Positions 13,334 to 26,765 of a stretch of 64,000 bases of DNA are shown here, piece by piece. Made by a program: the position numbers and the translations under genes. The DNA is from Octopus vulgaris. Taxonomy: Eukaryota. The stretch is taken from NCBI GenBank assembly GCA_951406725.2, contig OX597818.1:100130001-100194000 (forward strand), given 5' to 3'. How positions within the stretch are numbered: the stretch's first letter is position 1; every line of letters begins with the position of its first letter. The notes beneath the pieces are model-generated. The model did not search any database. It was given only the letters and a program-made list of their open reading frames with translations, and was not told where the DNA came from.

Positions 13334-13561
13334 GCATGTGTATATATGTATACAATATTATTCGCTGCATTTAAGGAGTATGTAACCTTTATTTCGTTTT
13401 TTTCCTTCGCAGGGAAATTCAGTTGTAGTTATGGAGTTTTCCCATCATAATTACCTACATTCTTACTCAAATGTACCTTTTACTTATATTTTACTGATAT
13501 TCACGGGATATTACATTATTCCTAATAGTATAGTCGAATATGACAGCGATTCTATATATAA

Positions 13562-13890
13562 ATGAGAACTCAAAATCTCTCGTTGAATCGTCATCCAACC
13601 AAAATGCAAATATATGGGAAACTACCACCTGTGTCATCTCTTGTGAAAGGTAGGAGAGGCCAGTTTGCTGGGCATTGTTGTAGAACTGAAAACGAGGCAA
13701 TTTCTACTCTTCTCCTCTGGAAGCCATCTACTCGCGATACCAGAGGGAGTACACTCTCCTACCCTGATGTTATTCCCAGGGATACAGGCATCAAGCAACA
13801 GGACCTCCGTAATGCTATGATGGACCGTGAAGTCTGGCGTAGCATGGTAAATTCCATTGTCTCGACCACGGTCGAACAATGATGATGAGG
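13562..13890 (+). mobile_element. 3' end of an RTE-group LINE (ORF C-terminus and short (TGA)n tail)
   Basis: Open frame HPTKMQIYGKLPPVSSLVKGRRGQFAGHCCRTENEAISTLLLWKP...MMDREVWR, typical of RTE-like C-termini; stop followed by tgatgatga. Confidence 0.8.
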
Positions 13891-15710
13891 ATATATAAAT
13901 GTGTGTAGATACCCATGTACTTCTATAATTTTGCGCGTGTTTACATGTGTCATAACGTTCAGGAACTGTGAACAGGCTGCTAATATATTTTGTAGGGAAA
14001 CTTTATTTCAATCGCAATAAAGCTTCAATATGTACCGAACCCATCAAAGTGAGACCAGTATACCAAAACATCTCCACATACACTGATTGGAGTTTGAATA
14101 TAATCACTCATTGTGCATGATATAAACAATTTTCTGATAATACTTGCTCTTTTGACATCAATGTTAATCAACATAGCAATATTAACACTAATTACTTCTT
14201 AATTCTCGGATGTAACAGAAATTTTAATTACCTGGTATATAACACCAACGAATAATATTCAGTTTTGAATACATCATTAGTGGAATTATATGGGATTCTT
14301 TGCAAAGTTTTTGATTTAATATCAGCTACTACCAACGTATGCATTCGTTCACATTAAAGGTCACAGGAAATTCTACCCTATTTTCAGAATTCAGTTGAAG
14401 ATTTAGAGACATTGGAATAAATCGTGTCTGTTCAATGGTGAACTATTGAAGAATAAGAATACCACACACCTCTTACCTTGCTTCTAGACCCTTTACGTTT
14501 AGAATTTATTGAAATATTTTTATGGCTGTATGTTTGCCAAATGCGATGTGCAATGGCAACATCTGGGGCACTACTATACAATTAAAATCATGAAGCATTA
14601 TTTCATAGAATTATCTCAGAGGTAATATTTATTCTCATTTATCTGTGGGTGTTCAGTTAGAACAAACTACACTGCAGAACTTACCATCAGAGAAAGTTCC
14701 ATATAGGTAACTGATGCAAAATGCCTGTTTCATTATATTGCTACCTAGAAGACAAATCCTCAAGAGCTCAGGCCCAAGACCACCAGATCACGTGTGATTT
14801 AGTCTTGTAAATAATGGACACCCGACCGTTAGTGATATCAGCGTCATATCCCCGCCAGCAGTATATAGAATAACAATGCCAGAACAGGCACTGGTGTTGC
14901 GATTAATCAGTGAGCTTATCAGATATGATTGTTAGTATTGGATGCAATTGTTTGTATTTTATCCAAATCAAACGCAGCTTACTCGGACGAAATATGTATT
15001 TGTCCACCTTGTATTTCTCTGTTAACAGAGGCTTTTTATGACATTATTTGGAAGAAAAAGAGTGGCGTTTTAAAATCCTCAGATAATTTCTACACGAGAC
15101 ATTTTTGCTTTCAGTTCAAAACTCTCCGGATTAGCACGGCATTACTTTCTGTCTTTCTTAAAGATTTAAAGTTTTCAGATGTCAGTCGCCTGTACTTTAA
15201 GGTTGCTAAAAGATCCCCTAGGAACAGAAATTGTTTTCGGGCAATATAGAACTATTCTCTTTGTGGCGAGCAATTTTCTTTTTCATTTTGCGAATAGTCG
15301 ACTACTTCACGACGAATATGAACATAATTGTTAATGCTTACATGAACATTCTTACTGCATATCAACAAACCAAGCTTGACAAAACTGTTTAAGTTGCTGT
15401 TAGTGTTGTATAACGAGAGCTTTCTACTTTAACTGTAAAAGAATATTCTGATACATTCACAACAAACAAAAACTTGAGAAGTATTCTCCTTGATATTTTG
15501 TTATAAAGAACACTTCAAAAATATCCTTATCACTAATTTTCTACGCGAAAAATTTGAAACATTTCTACCTTACGCTAGACGTTTGCTTTTATTGATAAAA
15601 AATTAAAATTTTGAAGATATTAAAGTTTTACTTTCTTCAAAGAACACAATATGGAACTATATAAAATGTGATAATATTTCCTAAGTGACGCTATTCAGAA
15701 TGCGAAGATC

Positions 15711-15768
15711 GTTTGTTGCTCTGCATATACCTAAAATTGAACACGTACAATAGACGAACCACTAAAAT
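15711..15768 (+). pseudogene. Possible degraded U6 snRNA 5' fragment
   Basis: gcatatacctaaaattgaacacgtacaatagacga resembles U6 ACATATACTAAAATTGGAACGATACAGAGAAGA; short and diverged. Confidence 0.3.
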
Positions 15769-16020
15769 AGGAACAAAATAATGTTTAGGATTTTATTTTA
15801 CTCAGTAGTTTAGATATATAAAGAAATATTAACACACACATAAATACAAACACGCGCACGCGGCCACACACACACCGATACAATTGTATATATACACATA
15901 AACACGTACATATACATAAACACTCAAGTGTGTGTATATATATATATATATATATACACACATAATGCATATATGTATCCGTATGTATATAAATAGATAT
16001 ATATGTGTGTATATTCGAAT

Positions 16021-16369
16021 TGCTGGGGCTGGGGAGAAAACACAGACACTCAAACATACACACGCACAACACCCATATATATATATTTCCGTCTACCTAA
16101 TCCATTCACAAGGCTTTAATCGGCCGAGGCTATAGTAGTAGAAGACACCTGCCCAAGGTGCCATGCAATGGGTCTCAACCCAGAACCATGTGGCTGGTAA
16201 GCAAGCTACTTTATTTTAAAATTTTGCCCTAAAGGCACAACATAGAAGGAGTAGCTTGCGGGTTGGACAAAAACATCGATAAGATGAGTGGTCAAAAGGA
16301 TGATATTGATGGGAGTTGACAAAAGACGCCCGCCGAACTCAAGCTTACCATACAGCCACTCCTGCACCT
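16021..16369 (-). mobile_element. SINE family A, 5' half, interrupted by an approx. 130-bp insert (16212-16343)
   Basis: Head sequence gcaagctactt|cttaccatacagccactcctgcacct is split by unrelated sequence. Confidence 0.8.
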
Positions 16370-16802
16370 GTACTAGTTGATGAACTGATGACTCGCTTGT
16401 ATATGTTTTAAAACTGATGATTTAAGATTTGAGTAAAGTATTACATATTCTTATGAATGCTGTTTATACGACAGTGTTTACATCATATTAAAGATTCTTA
16501 ATGAAGCAATTATTGCAGTTCCATTATAACAGTAATGAAACAATTATAGCTACTTTGATTAAGCTTTATTTAGTTTTTACGCCACATTTAAGGTTCCATT
16601 TATCTCTGGATACTATTGCCGTTTCTGATTATCAATTAATAATGAGCTTCCCTCCATCAATGCTTTCCAAGCTATGACAAAAGATCACTTCAGTGTCAGA
16701 GGTGTGCCGTTCTGTCTAGCCATATACTAAGGCTGGCTTCCTCCACTTTGGTATGATTGACTCCTAAATGGAACCCCTTCATACATACATAATACATACA
16801 TA

Positions 16803-16962
16803 TATTCTTTATTTTCTCTCCTTGTTTCTTTCTGTGTTCCTTTCTGTGGAAGAGCGTAGGCTCGAAACGTTAAAGACTTTTTCACTCCCCGGGCGTCATA
16901 CTAATACATCTGTTGTCTACGCTACCTGTCTTCGTCTTCTGTATTTTCTTTGTGAATTCTGC

Positions 16963-16965
<3 letters not shown>
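16803..16965 (+). mobile_element. Short repeat family H2 with hammerhead-like motif (16840-16875), ending at (TA)n
   Basis: cttt-CTGTGGA-a-gagc gtag gctc-GAAAC-GTT-aaag; near-identical copy at 62165-62315. Confidence 0.8.
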
Positions 16966-17000
<35 letters not shown>

Positions 17001-17422
17001 AATTTGAACACATATACCGCGTTTTAGGCGTAAGGGAATATATTCTCAATGCACCTGGTGTTCAAAATACCCGAAAGAAAGTCAGGAGCAAACGAGGCAA
17101 CTCACATCAGGTCCCATTCCGTTAGGGATATCGATGTTTCGCCATTGCTGCAAACTATATCGCCGAATATATCTCTAAGCCTAATGTTTTAAAAACCATC
17201 TGCTGGCATGTCCCAACGTTTCATGCCACGGAAAAAAATTCAAATACATATTACAAGCAGCTTGAGATATATAAAACACTGCTGACCCACGAACTAACAA
17301 CGCACACACCTTGTGTAAGTATGTTCGAGTTGCATTTATTTCATATTGAATATTTATTCATTTAGATTTATTCACTTATATTCATCAGAAGGATAGGTGG
17401 CATACTTTCAAAGTTTAGTCTG

Positions 17423-17473
<51 letters not shown>

Positions 17474-19756
17474 CAATACATCTAATTAAATCAACATAGT
17501 TTGCATACATATGTAGATTTCAATTAGTTTTCGGTTTAATTAATGAAATCATTTTCTGGTAATTACTTCAATCATCTATATGTAAAATGGTGCCCAAATA
17601 TTTACTTTTGTATTTTAATTATGTATATATTTCTAACGTCAATGCATGAATAAATAAATAATGAATTAAAGAGAGATATAATAATATAAACACGCGTGCG
17701 CGTGGTGTTACATGAGTTGCATAAACTCACGTGAACGGTGGATAATAACAGAGAATTTGGTGTATTTTGTACTTAGCCTATGTAAATGAAACGTGTATAT
17801 ATATGTATGTGTGTGTGTTGTGCGATTTTCTATAAAAAGAAGAATTTTGTTGATATTGTTATTATTGGCGGCGAGCTGGCAGAATCTTTAAGTTTACATT
17901 TCATCAATTTGTCATCGATAAAATAAGTATCATTTGAGCACTGGGGTTGGTGCTGTTGACTACATCACTCCCTCCAAATTTCTGGTTTTCTGCTAAATAT
18001 TGAAACCAGTATTATATTTGACCTTCGTAGTGGAAGACGTCGTTGTTGTCCTGTCGTAGAGACACCGTTTATTCTATCATTATAAATCTTAAATTTTTTT
18101 TAATTTCTAAAAGTAACTATAATTACCTAGAGATAAGCTTCCCTCGTTATTTAGGATAGACAAAATGCTTATGTATCAAACTTTTAATATTGTGATTGCA
18201 CACGTTGATATTCATGTTCATGGTAACCATCAAATATATACACGTTGCACGACTTTTAGCAGAATAATAGTAAAAACTACCCACAAAATAAAATGCATAA
18301 TTGGATGTACAAAGAATAGAAAATTGAATTTTGTGAACAGTCAACAAATAGGATTATCCCTACGCTCGACATTTAAATAGCGATAGTAGTATCAACAACT
18401 TCTGTTGCGGTTATCCTCATCGCTGTCTTCAGAGAAATAAGCACTGTACCCCGTTCATATAATAGGTGTGTCAAAGCGAAACTCCACATAAGTTACGAAC
18501 AGAAATTTTAGAGTGATGCGAAGACTGGCTATAAGAATGACGATAAGGGACATTGTAAACGATGTAGATACGTCACTAGCCATTATTTTCTCATTGAAAT
18601 GTGGCTAAGAAATGAAAGCAGGGTGAGAAATGTGACGGCTGATCATGGGGCGACAAAAGGGATTTGCAAGTTATAGTTACCCCAGAGGTCACGGATTTAT
18701 ACCGAAATTATGGCTAGTAAAATCACTGTGAGAAAAGTTATTATAAATTATTTACAAGGCCGAAATCCTAGTTTCTATGTTTGTCGTAGTAAGATTCACC
18801 TCGTTGCCAGATACTGAGAACTGCGATGATGAGGATGAACAATAGAAAAAGAAAGCGAAACGACTGATCTTTTGGAAAAAGTTTTGGAAAATTTCTAAAC
18901 AGGTCTCCAGTTGAGGTTAATTTGCAGTCCTACCCGTACCAGTCACAGAGTTACGGAGTCTCTAACAACAACTCCACTTTGGTGTATCACTTCTCTCTTT
19001 CATCAAACAACAAAAGAATAAGTATATGTATATATATGTATATATATCCTGCACGTGTACAATATCTTCCTTGTTGTATATTAGTCTGCATCGCTGAGAT
19101 TTTCATATTTCCTATTAAGGTTTTATACGCACTTGTTTTATGCTGTTCCTGGTTGTGATACGATGCAAAGCAAGGTCAAAGTTTTCACTATTCTTTCCCG
19201 CTTTATACATTTTTTCTGTAATATCTACGAAGAGGTTTTCAGGCCATCATCATGGCATGACATTTTTAATCGCACTCTGAGCTTAGTTATTTTAGTTCTT
19301 CTTTTGTTTTGTTTTTGTCGCATCACAATCTGTATTTCTCTGTTTATGTTAGAAAATATTTTTTTGTTGTTGCTGTTGATTTTATGCATTCATTTAAGTT
19401 TGGACTTCAAATTTGTTATTCAGTCTAAAGTCAACTTCGGCTTTCATTTCTTTGTTCGAGGTCGAAATTAGCTGTCAAGAATCTATGGATTTTATTGACT
19501 ATGTTTTTTTACAGACTTAAGCCTACAAATACCAATGTATGAAATCATCAATATATTTATGGAGATGATCGATTAACAGACAGTGTAAAGTGCCTTCATG
19601 ATATCCTCAATATTTGGTTTTATTCTTTATTTTTCTGCATTCAAAATCTGTGATCGTTGGTTTTGCTTTCCATTTCCATCGAAGCTGTAATGGGTATCTC
19701 TTCAAATGTAAACGCTTTGGTTAAGGTCCGTAAATACTACGGGTGTTGCTGTTGTG

Positions 19757-19818
<62 letters not shown>

Positions 19819-19823
19819 TAACG

Positions 19824-20040
19824 AAGGCGGCGAGCTGTCAGTATCGATAGCACGCCGAGAATAATGCTTAGCGACATTTCGTCCCACCTGACATTTTGAG
19901 TTCAAATTCAGCGGAGGTCGAATTTGCTTTTCATCCTTTCCAGGTCGATAAAATAAGTAGCAATTGAACACTGGGCCGATGAAATTAGAACATCACCTTC
20001 CCAAAAACTGCTACCCTTGTGGCAAAGTTTGAAACCATTA
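19824..20040 (+). mobile_element. SINE family B, full length, next to (TTA)n
   Basis: aaggcggcgagctgtcag...gagttcaaattcagcggaggtcgaatttgcttttcatcctttccaggtcgataaaataagta. Confidence 0.88.
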
Positions 20041-20622
20041 TCATTATTATCATCATTTTTATTATTATTATGATCAGGATGGATGATAACCACTATACAA
20101 ATGCAGATGAACTGGCTTCAACCTCACCAGACTCGATGCTATTATTCGATGTTCCATGTTCGATATGATGATTACTAGCCTTATATCGGGAATCGTTTAA
20201 ATCGTTTAAACTTTAACCATTGTTGTAAATTTATGGTAGCGTGCATAGTTTTACAATATCTTATAAATAATACTGTTTTGATAAATGACTGGTGTTAGTA
20301 GTACACAAGACACATTGGCTTAAAGAATATATTTACATGACAAGTTGACCTTTTTTTCTCTTCAATTTCAGTCAATAAATAAATAATATCCATATTCAAG
20401 CAAACCTTTGAAGTATTTTACCAGAAATATCTGACCTTCTGATGAAGTATGCAATTATGTATTTTTGAAGAGTTGAGCCACAGCAAAGTTCCGTTTTAGA
20501 CTCATTATTCCGATAACCTTACAAGTATCTTCAGTGCGTGTCAGCCTTCAAAATGGTCAATTGGCTTGCTAGATATTGTAGTGAAATCATTTTAGATTTA
20601 AATTTTATCATATAAAAAGGCG

Positions 20623-20928
20623 GTAGAGGCACATGTCCTAGTGGTTAGAGCAAGCGGACTCGCGGTCGAGGGATCGGAAGTTCGAATCTCGGACCTGGCG
20701 ATATGTGTGTTTATGAGCGAAACACCTAAGCTCCACGCGACTGCAGCAGAAGGTAATAGCGAACTTCTGCTGACTCTTTCGCCACAACTTTCTCTCACTC
20801 TTTCTTCCTGCATCTTGCAACTCACCTGCGACGGACTGGCGTCCCGTCCAGGTGGGGAACCTCTACGCCAAGGAAACCAGGAAACCGGCCCTTATGAGCC
20901 AGGCATGGCTTGAGAAGGAACAAACAAC
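20623..20928 (+). mobile_element. SINE family C (tRNA-derived), full length with approximate TSD
   Basis: A-box tgtcctagtggttagagc, B-box agttcgaatct, (aac)n tail; flanks atataaaaaggcgg / atataaaggcgg; second copy at 60845-61145. Confidence 0.9.
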
Positions 20929-22220
20929 GTATATAAAGGCGGCCGCAATGTATGTATAATATCAATAGTACACATTGCCTAAAATAGTACGTAATGTTTA
21001 TAAGCTGAAGGACTATTTTTCATAGTCTACACTACTAGGAGTGGTCTTGGAGTAACGTATAAGTAGATCAGTAATATTTTTTGATACTTTACTATTGGTC
21101 CTTATTTATATGAGACTAAGTGACGTTTCTCGACGTGACATTTTCCTGATATCATATGGATAGTGAGTTGGCAAAAATCTACACAATGGAACACATTTTC
21201 AGTCAAAGAAGTATCTGTTTTCCACTTAACAACTTTGACAACAAGCAAACACTCGAGTAGGAGCTTCAGAAGAAGAGCTATATTTAACAGAAAATGAATA
21301 AAATGGAAAGAGAAGAAACACAGGACAGGCGAAGAGAGAAAATTAAATAATTTCTATATAATGAAACTCTAAGCACTTGAAGAAATATTTAACTAGCAAA
21401 GAAAAGCGATACTGACAAGTAAGAAATATAAAATGAAATAAAATTAAAGACATATATTGAGATCTCCGCATTAGCACAAACCGAAATTGAACCGAACGAA
21501 ACACAAGGCTGTTTCCTACTTTTTATGCTGTTAGAACTGGAGTATTTGAAAGCGATTCTTTGATAATTAGATTGCATCAACTACAAAGGACATAATATAA
21601 AGACACCGGTTATTTAATGAGACGTTGCTCGCCTCGAAGGCGCCGTATAATAGCAGTTATTGTAGTTAAATAAACCGAATAAATGCTCTTAAAATTGATA
21701 TTATTAATGTTTCTGTGGTGATATAGCATGTTGCAAGAGATAAATTCACGAAACGGTTTCGATTCACTTTTAAACAAAAAAGTTGCAAATATGATCATAA
21801 TTTAATTTTCAGCCACATTAACACAAGCAACAATACCTCTTAAATAAACCATTGCAATAAGCTCATCTATGCTTACACATGAAGCGTAAAAATAAATGGA
21901 ATAATGTCGATTTGAACACTGTGTGTTCCAATCGGTGATCAAATCAGATGTATATTTATAAAATTATAGTGTAAAGGGATGAATACTCCGCAGAGACTTG
22001 AATCACACGATGCTCTTTCAGTAATTTCTTTTTCCATCTATCCAAATTCACCCACGAAGCTTGCGTTGACAGAATGAGTTACTGTCATGGGCATATTACT
22101 CATCTTCTCGTCTCCAACACCAGGGAAAATATCATTATACGTGCTAATGAATGGATGTGTTTGTAATCAATCAGAATTAATTTGTGTTAATCTACAAGAC
22201 AGCAACAACAAAAATAATAT

Positions 22221-22497
22221 TGTTCAATATTTTAGAGATGAGGAATTATGTACAACATTTACATTGGACGGTAGGTGTCCTCAGCTTGTTTGTTACCACA
22301 GCATTTTGGCTGATTTGCTCTCCAGCCTTCATCAGGTATCCTGGTGGAATTTCGAACCCAAACCTCTATTTGCCTACTGTTCTCATTCCTAAGGTAGTTT
22401 TTACTGATGTTATTAGTATTTATTGAAGTCACTGACGGGGGTTGAACCCGGAATCTTGGGGTTAGCAGCCCGCGCTTTTAACCACTATGTTATACGG
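22221..22497 (-). mobile_element. tRNA-headed repeat (family H3) carrying a decayed hammerhead motif (22297-22339)
   Basis: Minus: head taacatagtggttaaaagcgcgggctgctaaccccaagattccgggttcaacccc; body taccttaggaatgagaac...cCTGATGAaggctggagagcaaatcagccAAAAtgctgtg; body homologous to 53576-53755. Confidence 0.75.
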
Positions 22498-22640
22498 TCA
22501 ATGGCAATTATAGAGTGAACGAAAAAAAATTATCATTTCAACTTTTGATAAAAGGCCAGCAATTTCGTAGTTGCCCCACCTTACACCTCATCACACTCGT
22601 TTTTACACCTTCTAGGCATCGGTCGTCCATACACACTCGA

Positions 22641-22776
22641 ACCAAATGCACTCACAAGGCTTTGGTCGACCCGAGGATATAGTAGAAGAACCTTCCCAAG
22701 GTGCCACGCAGTGGGAATGAAGCCGGAACCATGTGGTTGGTAAGCAATCTACTTACCACATAACCATTCCTGCGCT
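22641..22776 (-). mobile_element. SINE family A, 5' half
   Basis: cacaaggctttggtcgacccgagg...cccaaggtgccacgcagtggga...accatgtggttggtaagc. Confidence 0.88.
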
Positions 22777-24761
22777 TATATTGTATGCATACATTTGAAA
22801 ACCTAGTATCTGCGATGCAATATTTTATAGGAAACAATACAAGAACAAATTACTTTACACTTGAAAGCAGTGAATATTAATATGCTTTATTATAACTAAA
22901 TAGCGAGATACTCTAGAACGTATCTTATGGAGAATCTCAAAAACGAATGAACATCATATTAATCAATGTAATTAGATCGACCGTGGTTATTTAAAGATTT
23001 CGTGCTTATAATGAATGCAGCTTGCACGCTTAACCTTTTGTAAGAGAAAATGTCACAAATGTAAATGACAACACTCTGTTCAGAAATAGTAGGCAAAAGG
23101 TGAAATAACCAGAAACAACGTAACATTCATATGTTGCAAATGGTTAATATATGTGGGTGTTGAATGCATATAATGGATTGTTACATTGAATAACAGGTGG
23201 GGATTCAGTAAGGAAGGGGAACTGTGACATTTACGTGAGACATAGTCCAGTGGGAATGAAATCTGATCGAAGTGAGTGCTTACTGCAATACATTCATTTA
23301 ATGGTTGAAGTGTCTTTCCGTTAGCCTCACCAAAAGAGCATTAGGATAGCCTGATATTTCCATTACATGTTATATTCAGTTATTGTGTGATAGTGATGGT
23401 GAATGTCGGACTAGATTATATCTATCTATAACGCACGTCAACTGCGATACGGCTTATATATATATTATGTCACATTCACTGAACGATAGAGTCATTGATT
23501 ACACATTTAACAAAGGATCAATAAAAGAGTTTAATGTATTTTCTGTTGCGAGAATTGCAAGCGAAAGTCTCTGAAACATGAGTGGGGCAAATACATCGAA
23601 ATATATTTGTGCAGCGTTGCCTCGCCGAGGATTACATACACACGTATTCACAAACGCCTTCACACACATGTATATATACATAAACTCTCACACTGCATAC
23701 TTCCGCAGTTCTACTCTAAAAGTGTTGGTCAACTTGCGGTCATTGTTCTATAGCTGAAACCACATACTTAAAGTATTTTGCAAGGTATTTGGACCCAGAA
23801 TTCTACGGCTCAGATTCCAAATTTGTTAACCATTCATGTTTCCTTTCCAATTGCAAGCGTTTAACATTATAAAGAGAAACATTGAGAATGAAGACACTCT
23901 TTTCTATAGTAAAAATTTTTGTAGATACACATTCAATTGCCGTAGATATTTTAAAATATGTATGTCTCATAACGTTCGGACGTCTGTAGTTAGGATCGGC
24001 CCTTATAATATTAAAAGATCTAACTTTGACAACTACCTGAAATGTCATATAATAGTTACAAATGCACTATGAACTATAATAGCTTCGAAACACTTGTTCA
24101 AGTTTACAGTTTTCAGTTAATGTTATATAAAGACAAATTATACGCAGAGACGTGAAAAAAGTGCATGTATGTATATATGAATTAGGTACTTACCATATCA
24201 TGCGTATTTTAGAAATAGGACGAAACAGTGAAGACACTTACCTGAAAAAGAATAAAAGAAAAAAATAATGAATAAATTTTAAGAACAAACATTTCGAAAT
24301 ATTAAAGCATAAATGAACTAAAAAAGAATGAAAGTTAAACTTTACTAAACACCATTGGTATAAATGGTAAAATAATTTTATCGACTGCTATTGCATACTT
24401 TTAATAAGTTAAACGATAAATTAAGGGGGCGGTCGGAGCTGAATACTGAAGCTTTTACCAACATCTTTCTCCTTTGTTTGTCACATGTGACAGTAACTGT
24501 ATTCTTATAGATGAAATTACTGTTCAAAAGAATAACAGCTTATCAAAATGATGAAAGCAATAATATTAGGGCTGATAAAAATCAATCATAGAACGACCAA
24601 CATCGATGACGGCGATCCGATTAGTAGAAACATTATATGAATGTAATGTGACAATTATGATGATGATGATGGCGGTGGTGGTGGTGGTGATGATGATGAT
24701 AATGATTATGATGATGCCGACCACGACGATGGCGATTATAGTTTTGGCTAATTTTTGCTTA

Positions 24762-25180
24762 AGGACAGTGATTTGACAGGAATGGGGAAAGACGATTGCA
24801 TTGAACCCATTATTGGATTGCTACTTTGTTTTATCGACCCCTAAAGGAAGGAAATAAATGTTCATCTTGGCGGTATTTTGTACTCGGGTTGTAAAAAGCC
24901 GGCAGAAATGACACCAAACATTTTGTTCGACGCGCTGTCGAATCTGACAACTCGTCGCCAAACCAAAAACAGCATTGGTTTCAAATTTTTTGCAGAAGGC
25001 CAGCATGTTCAGGAGAGGAGGGGTCTAGTCCAATACATTGACCCTACAACTCAACTGGTGCTTATTTTATCAACCTCGAAATGCAAAGTCGACCTTAGTA
25101 TAATTTGAACTTAGAACATAAAGACGCCGGTAATGCTGTTAAACATGCTCCCAGTGTGCTAACGATCCTACCAGTTCGCC
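24762..25180 (-). mobile_element. Two old tandem SINE family B copies
   Basis: ttttatcgacccctaaagga and aaagtcgacctt...atttgaacttagaac...gtgctaacgatcctaccagttcgcc. Confidence 0.65.
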
Positions 25181-25814
25181 AAATAATAAAAATAGAAATA
25201 ATGGCGTTCGATATACGTTCGATACGGTCCAGAACTGTTTGATTTTTAAAAAAAGGAAAATAATCGTTACTTCTAGTGCTGTGTTTCTTCTCCATGACTC
25301 AAATAGTTCTAATATATTTATGTACATAACATTATCACGCAGAATTATTCAACTTAGCTTCAATATAAATGAAGTGTACAACAGCAAGACTATCACCATT
25401 ATTACTCAGCATCATATTTTAGATAAAATAAAAAGAACTTGTATCATACTCTACAGAGAAACGATGGCCAAAATGCATTACTCCTCGCTCTATTCTACCT
25501 CTCCTACACACGGTTTAGCAGCATTTCGCTCGTCATTACGTTCTGTGTTCAAATTCAGATGAGGTCGATTTTGCATTTCGTGGGTTGATAAAATAAGCAC
25601 CTATGCATACATACTTATGTACTTTAACATTACTGTTTTCAGTCCAAGGATGAGGCCATCTTGGGGCATGTGTTTCTATCTCTCAATTTCTTAGAGTATC
25701 TGTCTATTTCTCTCTATCTCTCTCTTTAGCTTTCGCCCTATCTGTGTCTCTCATCAATACAACACACGAGCGCACACATGCATATATATTCATAGAGAGA
25801 TGCATGCATTCTTG

Positions 25815-26219
25815 TTTCTTTACTGCCCACAATGGGCTACATACAGAGGGGACAAACAGAGACAGACAAACGGATTAAGTCGATTACATCGACCCCAGTG
25901 CGTAAGTGGTACTTACTTAATCGACCCCGAAAAAATGAAACACAAAGTCGACCTCGGCGGAATTTAAACTCAGAACGTAGCGGCAGACAAGATACCAATT
26001 TCTTTACTACCCACAAGGGGATAAACATAGAGTAGACAAACAAGTACAGACAAAGGAATTATATCGACCCAAGTGCGTAACTGGTATTTATTTAATCGAC
26101 CCCCGGATGATGAAAGGCAAAGTTGACCTCGGCGGAATTTGAACTCAAAACGTAGCGGCAGACGAAACACCGCTCAGCATTTCGCCCGGCGTGCTAACTA
26201 TTCTGCCAGTTCGCCGCCT
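25815..26219 (-). mobile_element. Tandem pair of young SINE family B copies (junction near 25998)
   Basis: Two copies of tttctttactgcccacaa...aagtcgacctcggcggaatttgaactcagaacgtagcggcagac; only the right copy keeps the full head. Confidence 0.9.
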
Positions 26220-26699
26220 GTCTTCTGGGTTTGCAACAATGTGTACATGTGGTGTATGGAAGTTTTGCTGCCTGTGCTCACAACAATCACACGCGTTGTG
26301 GGTTAACGACTGCCTGAATGAAACAGCATTCATAAATGTGATTATTCTGGAGGAATATACGCGTGATTCTGCGCCTGTGTAAGTATGGAGGATAATAAAC
26401 TGACAAGAAATGAGAGATAGATTGATAGATAGAATACTGTATGAGAGAAAGAGACAGAAGCTGTCAAAATAGTGTCAGAGGATGTGTAGATATGTAGCAA
26501 GAAAGTGCAGTAAGAGAATGTTTATTGTTTGTTTGAAAGGGAAACAGCAATCAGTTGGTGATTTTCTCAACACAATTACTAAAATACGACATGAATAAAA
26601 CAGATAAACAACAATGCGGTGGTGGTGGGTGGTGGTGGGGAAGGTAAGAGGAAACCAAGAGAAAATAGAAACACCAATAATGATGTCTCTGAAAATAAC

Positions 26700-26724
26700 C
26701 TAAAGAAAACATCGTTATCATCGC

Positions 26725-26765
<41 letters not shown>

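Noticed and set aside
14300-15400. Repeat-poor stretch containing a 106-aa ORF
   Set aside because: No motif recognised in any frame; may be an ancient transposon
18520-18625. RMTIRDIVNDVDTS resembling a mariner transposase HTH
   Set aside because: Too short and diverged; no TIRs or catalytic motifs seen
20438-20460. Isolated CTGATGA (also at 4972 and 5231)
   Set aside because: No downstream hairpin and GAAA; expected by chance
20623-20700. Functional tRNA genes at SINE heads (also 22432, 27413, 60845)
   Set aside because: A and B boxes are present but there is no complete cloverleaf, and each continues into a repeat body
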